Assembly: GCA_043228905.1 (NCBI GenBank)
Contig: JBHGNT010000013.1
Location: forward strand, 2,666,001 to 2,730,000
From: Azolla caroliniana
Taxonomy: Eukaryota > Plantae > Polypodiophyta
DNA length: 64,000 bases
Reading direction: 5' to 3'
Shown: piece after piece, positions 12,397 through 24,921 of the stretch
Position numbering within the stretch: position 1 is the stretch's first letter
Layout of the letters: each line of letters begins with the position of its first letter
Notes under the pieces: model-generated
Seen by the model: the letters and a program-made list of their open reading frames with translations, nothing else
Databases searched by the model: none
Told to the model about the DNA's origin: nothing
Position numbers and translations under genes: made by a program

Positions 12397-13560
12397 ATGG
12401 CTGCCATTAACTCAGAAGAATATCTCACCCTTGTTGCAGAAATGGAGAACCTTAAATCCAAGTTCGCATCTCTTGAAGTAGAGAATCAACGTCTACTTGG
12501 GGATCTACAGAAGGTTACTATAGAGAAGCAACAACAACAAGAGGAGTTCACGCGACGAGTGCAACAGTTAGAGTCGACAATCGTCGTGTTACAACAACAA
12601 AGGGTTGAAGGTTAGGGACTTATCAAGGAGCCCAAAATTAGCCTCCCAGCTAAATTTGATGGGTCGAGGGCGCATTTCCGAGGTTTTTTGAATCAAGTAC
12701 GGTTGGTGATTCAAATGCATCCCGCACGTTATCCAACAGATGCATCACGAGTCGGGCTAGTGGGCACTTTATTGACTGGCATAACGTTGTCGTGGTTTGC
12801 TCCATTGCTAGAGACCAATTCTCCTCTACTGAATAATTTCGAGGAATTTATCAAGGAATTTAAGGCTTGTTTCGGAGATACTGATGGGGCGAGAACAACT
12901 ATCAACAAGATTCGTACACTTCGTCAAGGTGATCAACCAGCTTCAACATATGCTGCCAATTTCCGTCTCATCGCAAGTGATATTCCTTGGGATGAACAAG
13001 CCCTAATGGAGCAATTCCGTTCAGGCCTTCGTAGTGATGTCAAAGACTTACTTCTTACCTTCCCTGAGGATCCAAGGTCACTTACAGAAGCTATTAGTCG
13101 AGCAATACGGTGTGATAATTGCCTTTTTGAGCGTCGATGTGAGCGACAACAACAAATAACAAGATCTAGATTCACACCAACTTATGCATCAGTAACGGCG
13201 CAATCATCCCCAAGGCAAATGTATAGCCCTGATCCAACTCCAAGGCAAACACGTAGTCCAGTCCTAATGGATAGTCCTACACCCATGGAGATCGATATGA
13301 CTCAACGACGAGGACCGTTGTCAGACGAAGAGAAGCAACGTCGTCGAGCAAACCATCTGTGCTTATATTGTGGAGGTCCAGGACATATAGCCATTCATTG
13401 CTCCCGTAGGCCGAGACGTCAGGTAAATCAAATTCACTATGACAATAAAAATGAGTCCAACATTTTAGAAGTAGTTAGTGAATCTAATATTATGAATAAT
13501 CCACCCTTGTCCAATAAATTTGAAGTCCTAAGCCAATTAGAAGAGGAGTCAAACGAATAA
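12397..13560 (+). pseudogene. Chromovirus gag (coiled coil, capsid, CLYCGGPGHIAIHC knuckle) with one internal stop
   Basis: ORFs 12397-12615 and 12688-13560 are in frame. An intact homologue lies at 60312-61475. Confidence 0.9.
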
Positions 13561-16500
13561 GTCCGGCCAAAATAGGAGCCATTTGGTTGGACAACCCTAG
13601 ATATGTACAACCTAGTGTGGGTTCCATTTCTTCCAAGCATGTTAGTAGAGTCTTCTCAGCCCTAGTACAAGTTAGGACACCCAGTTGTCAACTTCAAGTC
13701 CAAGCCCTCTTAGATACTGGAGCCATTTCTTGTTTCATGTATAGAGATTTTGCCCAAAAACACCAAATATCCTTGCATACACTTCCTTGTCGAGTTTCCG
13801 TAGTAGTGATTGATGGACGCCCCATAGCTTTCGGGAAGATATTTGAAGAGTCTGAGCCAATACACATACTCTTGGGTGATTTAGGATGTGTAGTTTCCTT
13901 TAACATAATCCGTAGTCCTGAGCATCCAATTGTCCTCGGTTTGCCATGGTTCGAGCTACATAACCCTAGAATCGATTGGAGGAAGCGAGAAATTAGGTGG
14001 CCTTTAGCAGAAAATATCATTGTCAAGGATCGAACTCGGGATTATCCTCCCAAAGTATATAGTTCTACCGATGCACCATATCTTTCTCATAAAATTTCAG
14101 CCATCACATTGCAACAATTGCACCAAGTGGGAGGCAAGGAGGACCTTTTCTTTTTTGCAGTATCAGTGACACCTTCTAGTGTCACTCAAGGGAATTCAGA
14201 CATCCAAATTCCCAAAAAATATCAAGACTATGCTGATGTTTTCGACAAAGTCAAAGCTAGTGTTCTTCCAAAGCATCGGCCGTACGACTGTCCTATTGAT
14301 CTCCAACCAGGAAAAGAGCCTCCATGGGGTCCGATTTACAATTTATCACCCACTGAGCTTGAGGTTCTTCGAGAATACATCGAGGAAAATCTTGCACATG
14401 GGTTTATTCGACATTCAAAGTCTCCAGCTGGTGCTCCTATCTTTTTTGTGAAGAAATAGGACGGCTCCCTTCGTTTGGTCGTGGACTATCGAGGCTTAAA
14501 TAAAGTCACCATAAGGAATAGGTATGCTTTACCTTTAATCTCCAATCTCTTAGAACGCATTGGTGGGGCAAAGCATTTTACCAAAATTGATCTAAGGGGT
14601 GCATATAATCTTGTTCGAATTCGGCCAGGAGATGAGTGGAAAACAACATTTCGTACTCGGTATGGTCATTTCGAGTATATAGTCATGCCTTTTGGGCTCA
14701 CAAATGCACCTGCCGTATTCCAACATATGGCAAATGACATCTTCCGGGATTTCTTGGATATTTTTCTAATCATCTACCTAGATGATCTATTGATTTACTC
14801 TAAAACACAGGGGGAGCATGATATACATGTGCGGCAAGTACTTGAACGCCTAAGGAAGTATGGTCTTTACGCCAAACTTGAGAAATGCAGTTTTCATTGC
14901 AAACAAGTCGAATTTTTGGGATACACTATTTCATCCTAGGGTGTTTTCATGGACCCGGCAAAAGTCCAAACAATATTGGTATGGAAACCCCCATGCTCAG
15001 TTCGGGATGTCCAGTGTTTCCTCATATTTGCGAACTTCTATCGCAAATTCATACATAATTATTCAAGCATTGTGTTGCCCCTTACTCGACTCACCAAGAA
15101 AAATCAAGCATTTTTTTGGAGTATCGAAGCAGACAAGGCTTTTACGCAGATGAAAGAGGCATTCACATCAGCGCCCATCCTAGCACATATTGATCCTGAA
15201 AAGCCATTTACTATTGAGGCGGATGCATCAGACTTTGCATTGGGGAGTATCCTATCGCAACCAGGCGAGGACGGGCAGATACATCCAGTCGCGTTTCACT
15301 CGAGAAAGTTTACTGTTTCGGAGATAAACTATGAGGTGCATGACAAGGAGTTACTAGCTGTGGTCGACTCATTCGAGCAATGGCGTCATTTTTCTAGAAG
15401 GATCACCTCATCAGATTATCATTTATAGTGATCACAAAAATCTCACATATTTTCAAACAGCTCGAGTATTAAATAGACGACAAGCTCGGTGGGCCCAATT
15501 TCTAACGCGTTTCGATTTCAAGATCATTTTTCGCCCCGGAAAACAACAAGGGAAAGCAGATGCTCTATCTCGGCGTTCGTATCTAGCACTTTGACCTGGA
15601 GATCCGGCCTTTGACAATCAAAAGCAAACTCTCCTCGGGCCATCAAAGCTACAGGTAACAACAATTTATGCCACACCACTTGATTCTACCCTTCTTGACA
15701 CTATTCGGCAACAACTTCATTCGGATGATTTTGCTAAGGATGTCTTAGCCCACTGTGGTTCAAGTCGTCCATCTTGCTCCACATTGCCAGGGTCATCTCA
15801 ACATTATCAGGACTTCAAGTGGCAAGATGGTTTTCTCTTCTACAAGAATCTCCTTTACGTCCCCGACGGATCACCCCGACTTCAAGTGTTGGAACATTGT
15901 CATGATGCCCCCATGGCTAGACATTTTGGTATTTCCAAGACCATTGAGCTGGTGAAACGTTCGTTTTGGTGGCCTCACTTGCAAAAATTTGTCGAAGATT
16001 ATGTTCGCACTTGTGACACCTGCTGTCGCGCCAAAATACCCCGGCATCACCCTTATGGCTTACTACAACCATTACCCCCTCCCAACAAGCCATGGCAGTC
16101 TATTTCTATGGATTTCATTACGGATCTGTCACCTTCCAAAGGCTTTGATACTATTTTAATAGTAGTGGATCGGTTCACCAAGATGGCACATTTTGTACCA
16201 TGTGTAAAGACCATCAATAGTGAAGAAACTGCAGATCTCATTATGTGTGAAGTGTTTCGCTATCATGGTCTCCGGAATGATATTATTAGCGATCGAGGTC
16301 CTCAATTTATCTCACACTTTTGGAAGCACCTATGGGCAGGCCTCAAAAACTCTTGCAAACTCTCTTCGGCTTATCATCCACAAACTGACGGACAAATAGA
16401 GCGCACAAATCAAACGCTCGAGCAATATCTTCGATGTTTCATTAGTTATCAACAAGATGATTGGAGTAAAATTTTACATCTTGCCGAGTTTGCGTACAAC

Positions 16501-17217
16501 AACACGGTCCACTCTTCTACCAAAGTTACACCTTTCTTTGCCTACACCGGCAACCACCCTCGATGGTGTATACTGGATCTTCCCGAGGTGTCACGAAACC
16601 CTAGTGCGGCGCATCACCTCCACCGACTACAACAAATCCAGTTCGAGTTATCTTCACATCTTCAGAAAGCGCAAGCACACCATAAGACCAATGCCGATCG
16701 ACATCGTCTTAAGTCTCCGTTTAAGGTTGGTGACGGTGTATGGTTGCTTCGTCGTCACATCAAGACTACCCGATCGTGTGCTAAGCTTGACTATCAACGC
16801 TTAGGTCCTTTTGTCATCACGGCGCAGATTAATGATGCAACATTTTGTCTTAACCTTCCTGCACATATGCGACTTCACCCTGCCTTCCATAGCTCACTTT
16901 TGGAACCTTGCCACACCTCTTTAATTCCTAATCGTGTCGTGCCACCACCGCCTTCTGTACAACTTGTGGACGACCCTGAATACGAGGTAGCTGCTATTCT
17001 CGATTCTAAGATTGTGCGCAATAAGCTTTATTATCTAGTTGATTGGCTTGGTTATCCTCCAAGTGATCGCACTTGGGAACCCATCGATAACGTTTGTAAT
17101 GCTGAAGCTCTGGTCAACGACTTCCATCGTCACTATCCAAACAAGCCCGGCCCAACAATGTTAACGCCGACTTCCACTCGGCGTTCTCGAAGGTGGGATA
17201 GTATCATGAACACATGA
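13548..17217 (+). pseudogene. Chromovirus pol (PR LLDTGA, RT YLDD, RH, INT, chromodomain) in the -1 frame relative to gag
   Basis: ORFs 13587-14459, 14475-14939, 14949-15428 and 15784-17217. C-terminal EYEVAAILDS..YLVDWLGY..TWEP. Confidence 0.93.
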
Positions 17218-18335
17218 CCATTATGGCGTCACTCAGACTTGAACCTCGAACCTTGTAATTCATACTTACATTCTTCTCTATCTTATACATACATTCTTCT
17301 CTATCCTTCTTCCATCACTCTATCTTTTATCCTTGGTTCTGACACTATGCATTTGAGAACACATGCAATCTTGGAGATATTAAGTGTTGGGTCCTCAAGA
17401 AATATCTTTTCAACACTTTGGTAGCACCAATTCTTCTCTATGGGGTGGAAGTATGGGGCGGTAGCGTCCCTAAATCTATGTGGAAAGAGTTTGAAAATGT
17501 CCAAAAACATTTTCTTACAAAGTTTCTACAAGTTAAGAAACAAACGCCCTACACCCTCCTCCTCGAGACGGGATCGCTTCCCATTGAGATCATGTCCATG
17601 GAAAGGGTTGATGAATACATGCTTAAGGTTCAAAAAAGTCCCTCAATTGACTTCCTAGAATTGTGTGGGAAGCAAGCAAAAAGATCCAAAAGACGCATAA
17701 AAGCAAAATTTTGTGTTTCGGTTGGATGCAAGATATAGAAAAATGGTTTGGTAGATGGGATGCAAGACACTTGCTTCATGATGCATCATTAGATTCCTTT
17801 GTAAATGAGGCCTTTTTGCAACACCAATGTATCATGACATGGGACAAATGTGGAGGCTCGCGCTTCACACATTATACTACACATGTTGCACCTAACTACA
17901 AAACCATATTCTTTGCGGAACAGGGAAATCGTACACATCGATACATGGTAAAACCCATATCGTTATCTGCCATTTGAACCATTGCTTCCATGCGACTTAG
18001 CTCACATGCATTGCGATGTTAAACAAGGTGTTGGGGCACAAGTGCTGAGAGTGGTCGGCTATGCACACTTTGCCCTAAACAAGTTCGCGAGTCTGAGTAT
18101 CACACTTTGATACAATGCTCTACCTTTGATCATATTCGACCATGCTTTCCACATCTCTTAGATTGAGCCCAATCTTTGCATGAATTCCTCTCACAACCAC
18201 AATGTGCCCTCTCAATTGCAACATTCATTGGAAAAGTTCTTGAACATTGAGAGTCACTACTCACTTTCCCACGTATCACGTGAAATGTAATATTTTTGGT
18301 CTCATAGATCATATTTGACCTCCGAAAACGATAAT

Positions 18336-18371
<36 letters not shown>

Positions 18372-21238
18372 GTCTTACACACTCACTTCCTCTTAGTACT
18401 AATCCTCATAGTAGTTTCCTTCTCTAGTACTAATTCTCTCTCTGTTTTTAGTACTATTCCTAACAGTTTGAACCGAATTTAGTCATCCTCTTATCCCTCG
18501 TTCCCTTCATACTAATCCTCTTATCCTCCCTAGTAAATGGCAACTGTTAGCGCTCAAGCATACCAATCTGTTTTCTCGGAGCTCCAATGCTTAAAAGATA
18601 AGTTTGTAGCACTAGAACAAGAAAATCACCGTCTGTTGGGGGATCTTCAACAAATAGCTCTAGAAAAACAACAACACGGGGAGCTGACGTTACGTGTGTA
18701 ACAACTTGAAGCGACTATTGTATCATTACAAAAACAAGGATCTGTTGGCATAAAAGGCCGACTCCTTCCACTTTGTATCCTAGTGTGAAGTCGTCCATAT
18801 AGTTAGGGCTTAGTATATAAGAGATAACCTAACATTGTAAAGAGTATGCTTGATCATCTTGTACATCGAGTCTCAAAGAGAGAGAAAACAGAAATAAAAG
18901 AGAGCTTCTAGTAAAGCTTCATCCGTGCGTGTCTATTATTTGTCTAGATCTTCTTGCCTTCCCTTTGTGTTGTTTTCTGAGTATAACCAACAGGTCCTCA
19001 CATACGTTTCCGCGCATATCTGTCCTTCAACCGGTATCAGAGCGATCCGCAGCTCGGCGACAACAAACAACAAAAAAAGCTGAAAAGAAAAAGACAAGGT
19101 TAGCAAATCTCACTTTCAAAACAATCATGGCATCAACATCTGGTACAGGAGTTGAGATTCGAAAATTCGACGGCAAAAACTTTGCCCTATGGAAGGAGAT
19201 GATGCAGGATGTACTGATTATTCGAAGACAGGTCGAGGCCATTCGACACTCTGAAAAGCCTGCTTCAATGTCAGCCGATGAGTGGAGATCAATGGAAGAA
19301 ATTGCACGCTCCACCATTCGAATGCACTTAGCCAAAAATGACTACTTCAGCATGGCAAAAGAGACGACATCGTTCGCATTATGGGAGAAGCTACAAGCCG
19401 TGTACGAGAAAAAGTCCTCATTTTCAAAATTGATCACCAGTAGTCAAGATGACCACCCTCCGACTCTTACTAGGAGTTGTGGCGACAGACGATCTAGAGC
19501 TCGAGCAAATGGACATAAAGACGACATCCCTACACGGAGATCTGGAAAAAGACATTTCCATGTCTCAACCGGTAGCCTTCACGGCGATAGAGGAGGAAAG
19601 TCACCTCGTATGTTGACTGAAGAAAAGCCTCTATGGCTTGAAACAAGTGCCTAGGATGTGGTACCAGAAGTTCGACTCCTACATCAGGTAGCTTGGATAC
19701 CGTCGATTAGACTCCGACCCATGTATGTACATTCGGCAACTCGTCGAGGAGTCTAGGATTTATCTGATCCTATATATCGACGACATGCTGATTGTAGGAA
19801 GCAATTAAGTAGAAATCGGAAAGCTTAAGCAGAGCCTTCACGACAAGTTTGTGATGAAGGAACTTGGACAAGCCCATCACATATTGGGCATGAGGATCGA
19901 GCGAAATCGGACGACAAAGACTCTCCGACTCTCCCAATCTGATTATATCCGGAAGGTGCTAAAGTGTTTCAACATGGAGAATGTGAAGCCAGTACCACAC
20001 CGTTCTTGACGTCGATTAGACTATCAGACAGAGACTCTCCTTCAACGGACAAGGAGAGAGAGCTTAATGGAAAGATGCCCTACGTATCGGCAGTAGGAAG
20101 TATCATGTATGCAATGGTGGCGACCCGACCCGATCTAGCCTATGCCATAGGGGTGGTGAACCAGTACATGTCAAACCCAAGACAAAAGTATTGGGAGGTT
20201 GTCAAGCACATCTTCAGGTACCTGAGAGGGACCGAATATACATAGCTGACTTTTGGTCTACCAACTTTAGCCAGAGTCAAAGGCTACACTGACTCCAACT
20301 ATGCCAGAAATACGGACAATCGGAAGTCCACATCAAGCTATATTTTCACCTATAGTGACGGTGCAATATCATGGAGGTCGAAGCCTCAAGAGTGCACGGC
20401 CCTGTCGACCACAGAGGCCGAATGCATAGCAACATCGGAGGCAGGGAAGGAAGAGAGCAACTGTCTGTCGACTTCTCATCTACAAGTCGAATCGACCTAC
20501 CTGCGCCGACCATCTATTGCAACTCACAGAGCGCAATTCACCTCATTAACCATCCCGTCTATCACGCAAAGACGAAGGACATTGAGGTATGGTATCCTCA
20601 CATCCAGGAGCTCATAACTGAGAAGAGGCTCGAAGTCCGGAAGATCAACACCGAGGTGAACATCGCCGATTGCATGACAAAGTCACTCCCAGATCAACGC
20701 TTCGGAGCACTAAGGACAAAGATGGGACTACGACAAGCGATCAAGCAGAAGAATGCTGAACGAGGAGCAGAATATAAGAGTCGACCGAATCAATCATGAT
20801 AATGAGCCATGCTAGGCTCGACATGGACCTAACGTATGCCGACTCGACTATATGCCAAACGATTTGTAACATAAATGTAGATTAGTATTGTAATCTAGGT
20901 TTACAAGGGAGATAACCCCAAACACATATACATGTAGGAAAGAGTAGTCCTTTTACGGAGGAGTTTGTTGGCATAAAAGGCCGAGTCCTTCCACTTTGTA
21001 TCCTAGTGTGAACTCATCCATATAGTTAGGGTTTAGTATATAAGTGATAACCTAACGTTGTAAAGAGTATGCTTGATCATCTTGTACATCGAGTCTAAGA
21101 GAGAGAGAGAGCGAGAAAACAGAAATAAAAGAGAGCTTCCATTAAAGCTTCATCCTTGTGTGTCTATTATCTGTCTACATCTTCTTGCCTTCCCTCTGTG
21201 TTGTTTGCTAAGCATAACCGACAGGTCTTCACATATGA

Positions 21239-22451
21239 TGTCGTGAAGATTTTCAGCAACGGTGTGAAAATCATGTGGAAAGGAGAAAACCGAGAAGGGT
21301 TCACTTTCGCGCTTCTCTCATTGTTTTCTTCACAGTGAGTTATTCCACATATATATGCAGCTAACATGACTCTCTCTATATAAAGACTTACTTACTTATA
21401 TATATATATATATATGACTATGTATATATATGTGTGTGTGTATATTCGTATGAACTTCTGTTCCGCCTGCTACTATTCGACCGAATCCCGTTTCGGCTTT
21501 TCAGTCGATTTTGGCCAACTGACTTTTGTTTTGGCTTTCTGACCGATTTCAGCTGTCGAATCCCATTTCGGCTTCTCGGTCGATTTCGGCCAACCGACTC
21601 TTGTTTTAGTTTTTTGACCAATTTCGACAGCCGACACCCATTTCGGTTTTTTCGGTTGATTTTGGCCAACTGACTTTTGTTTTGGCTTTCTGACCGATTT
21701 CAGCTGTCGACTCCCATTTCGGCTTCTCGGTCGATTTCGGCCAACCGACTCTTGTTTTAGTTTTTTGACCAATTTCGACAGCCGACACCCATTTCGGTTT
21801 TTTCGGTTGGTTTTGGCCAACCGACTCTCAATTCGGTTTTTCGACTGACTCCCCCCCACAAGGAGGGACAATCTTACATAACTCAATTGACTTACCTAAA
21901 AGTTGTATTTTCATCATTATACTTTTTCATATGTAAATTCTCATACATGAGAGCTTGCATGAGTGACATGGTTATCATGCATCACATTTAATGCATGAGC
22001 GCCAAATGGCAAACATGCATCGCATGAATTTCATGCATTGTATGCATGTCTTGCACCCTCACATGCATTGTCTGCATGTCTTGCACTGTCACATGCATCA
22101 TATGTATGGGGTGCCCATCTATAAAAGAGTGAAGGAAAAAGAAAAGGGGAATCAATGAATGAATGAAGCGAGCTATGTACTGATCAAGAAAATAATAATA
22201 AAAAATCTAGTTATCCTACTAGTGATGTATCTTGTCCCTCAAAATCTTTTCTCTCAATCTGTCTCATAATTGGTATCTTCTCTTTAAATCTATCTCTGAA
22301 TTAGAATCTTCGTCTCTCAATCTCTCAATCTCTTCCTCTGTACCTATCCTAAATACTTTCTCGCTAAAGCTAGTACAACCTTCGAATCCTTCCGGTCCAG
22401 GACCCCGGTGGTCCCGCTTCCTTTCGCGAACACGCAAGGATTTCCTCGACA
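21239..22451 (+). mobile_element. Chimeric Phygy-type solo LTR containing a Copia-B-type LTR fragment
   Basis: Starts TGTCGTGAAGATTTTC and ends CGACA, like the LTR at 45214-46226. About 21296-21882 matches Copia B LTR 6157-6448. Confidence 0.8.
21480..21845. repeat. Tandem array of about 38-bp units with an approximately 151-bp higher-order period
   Basis: TTGGCCAACTGACTTTTG recurs at 21511 and 21662. CGATTTCGGCCAACCGACTC-type monomers; a shorter version is at 6330-6420. Confidence 0.85.
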
Positions 22452-22482
22452 ACATTTCCACGCATATCTATCCTTCAGGATT

Positions 22483-24921
22483 GAGCGCTCAAGGGATTCA
22501 CAAAGAACCCAAGATCGCTCATCCTATGAAATTTGATGGGACCCGATCACAATTTAGAGGTTTCCTTAATTAGGTACGTTTAGTGATTCAAATGCATCCT
22601 TCTCGATATCCCACTGATGCATCACGAGTGGGACTAGTAGGCACGCTATTTAGTGGCACGGCTTTGGCATGGTTCGCCCCCCTGTTAGAGAAAAGCTCTC
22701 CCTTGTTAAATAATTTCGAAGAGTTTATTAGTGAGTTTAAAGGTTGTTTTGGAGATACCGAAAGCGTTAGGATGGCAATCAACAAAATCCGAAGATTGTG
22801 CGCCATGGTGATCGGCCAACTTCAGCTTATGCTGTGGATTTCCGTCTTCTCACCACCGATATTCCCTAGGATGACCAAGAATTAATGGAGCAATTTCGTT
22901 ATGGCCTACGTAATGATGTCAACGATTTACTCTTGACTTTTCCCGAAGAACCAAAGTCATTGATAGAAGCAATTAGTCGCGCGGTACGATGTGATAACCG
23001 CCTTTTCGAACGACTTTCGTAACGTCAATTCCAGATGCCAAGGACAATATCAGAGCCCACCTATGCCTCAGTTGTAGCAAAACCTTTTCCAAGGGAGTCA
23101 TATAATGTGTCCCCAACAATTACTCCAACTCCGATGGAAATCGACACCACACGTCGTCGCGGACCATTATAGGAAGAGGAAAAGCAACGACGTAGAGCAA
23201 ATCGACTATGTCCTTATTGTGGTGGACCGGCGCATATTGTAGTGAATTGTCCCCATAGGCCAAGAAGATAGGTAAACCAAATTGTCGCTAGTACTAATTG
23301 TACTAAACCCGAGTCTATTTCAATAGGAATATATGATAGTCCTAATAGTACTAATTGCCCAAGTCTATCGAACAAATTTGATGTCCGTAGTCAATTAGAA
23401 GAAGAGTTAAACGACTAAGTCCAACCAAAATAGGAGCCGTTTGGTTGGACAACCCTAGATCTATGCAACCCATTAGTGGTTCCATTTCCCTCTAAGCAAG
23501 TTAGCAATGTGTTCTTAGCTCAAGTAATAGTTAGTACTAAAAGTACCCCTCTAGTACATATCTTAGCACTCTTAGATTCCGGAGCTAGAACTTGCTTCAT
23601 TGATAAGAATTTTGCGCAAGCTCATCAAATAGCCCTAAGAAAAACTTCCCTGCCCATCATTTGTAGTAGTCATTGATGGTCGTCCCATTGCTTCTTGAAA
23701 TATCATAGAAGAGTCAGAGCCAATTAGTATTGTCCTAGATCATTTGGCGTGTGTAGTATCACTTAATATAACTAGTAGCCCAGAACATCCCATTGTTTTG
23801 GGGTTACCATGGTTCGAATTACACAATCTAGACATAGATTGGAGAACAAAAGAAATCAAGTATCGACAACCCCAAGAATCTACCCATAAGGTTTCAACCA
23901 TTTCACTACATCAACTACGTGAGGAAGGATACACGAAATCAATGTTTGTATTCACAATATCAGTGAAACCTTCCAACACCGCTAAGGAGGAGTCAACAAT
24001 TCAACTTCCAAAAAAGTATCATCATTATGGTGACATTTTTGATAAGGTAAAAGCTAGTACTCTTCCTCATCATCGACCGTATGATTGTCCCATTGATTTA
24101 CAACCAGGAAAAGAGCCACCGTGGGGACCAATCTACAACCTGTCACCATCAGATCTTGAAGTTCTTCGAGCTTACATTAGAGGAAAATTTGGCAAACGGG
24201 TTATTCAACATTCGAAATCTCTAGCCGGTGCACCCATTTTCTTCGTCAAGAAAAAAGATGGCTCACTTCGTCTAGTCGTGGAATACCGTGGCTTGAATAA
24301 GGTCATCATCAGGAATAGGTATGCACTTCCTGTGATCTCGTGTCTTTTAGAAATGATTAATGGCGCCATGTTTTTCACAAAAATCGACTTACGGGGGGGG
24401 AGCATATAACCTCGTACAAATTCGACCGGGATACAAATGGAAGACAACTTTCCACACCCGATATGGGCACTTCGATTATACGATTATGCTATTCGGCCTC
24501 ACCAATGCACCATCAGTCTTCCATCACATGGCAAATGATATATTTGGAGATCTTTTGGACATCTGTTTAATCATCTACTTGGATGATCTGCTAGTTTATT
24601 CAAAGACACAGGAGGAGCATGATTCTCATGTACTATTAGTACTAAGACGACTACGAGAACATGGTCTTTATGCAAAGCTGGAGAAGTACAGTTTTGATTG
24701 TAGCTAAGTGGAATTTCTCGGCTATGTCATTTCCCCGGAAGGCATCTCTATGGATCCGGCTAAAGTCCAAATTGTGCTAGAAGTGGTAAACTCCACGTTC
24801 GTTGCGAGATGTGCAATGCTTTCTAGGATTCGCAAACTTCTATCGCAAGTTTATACAAGACTACTCAAATCTTATTTTGCCGCTAACACAACTTACAAAG
24901 AAGGGTCAATCGTTTGTTTAG
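22483..24921 (+). pseudogene. Family-2 chromovirus gag-PR-RT (degenerate)
   Basis: KFDG, knuckle CPYCGGPAH, LLDSGA, PWGPIYNLS and YLDD motifs; many stops. Confidence 0.88.

Larger units (their letters stand above)
11904..17344 (+). mobile_element. Chromovirus (Tcn1-like) family 1, copy A; full length
   Basis: LTRs 11904-12312 and 17202-17344 (the 3' LTR is internally deleted). TSD CTATG/CTATG. PPT GAAGGTGGGATAG. Domains gag, PR, RT, RH, INT, chromodomain. Confidence 0.95.
10139..18340 (+). mobile_element. 5'-truncated non-LTR retrotransposon (LINE, RTEX-like), interrupted by a chromovirus at 11904-17344
   Basis: APE C-terminus (GFTC..SVIDY). RT motifs FVDFKKAF, GVKQGCPLSPTLF, YVDD and FKYLG. 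Resumes at 17350. C-terminal RLSSHAL and CTLC..EYH..IQC. Flanked by (CT)n on both sides. Confidence 0.85.
18743..22477 (+). mobile_element. Ty1/Copia element C; internally deleted (gag N-terminus joined to RT), inserted in family-2 gag
   Basis: LTRs 18743-19029 and 20966-21238 plus 22456-22477. Met-i-type PBS CGGTATCAGAGC at 19032. TSD GGATC/GGATT. RT and RH motifs 19435-20790. Confidence 0.9.

Noticed and set aside
21480-21845. Approximately 38-bp periodic repeats suggesting a CRISPR array or a repeat-protein ORF
   Set aside because: There are no unique spacers and no cas genes. The array lies inside a Copia LTR fragment, and the ORFs are by-products of the repeat.
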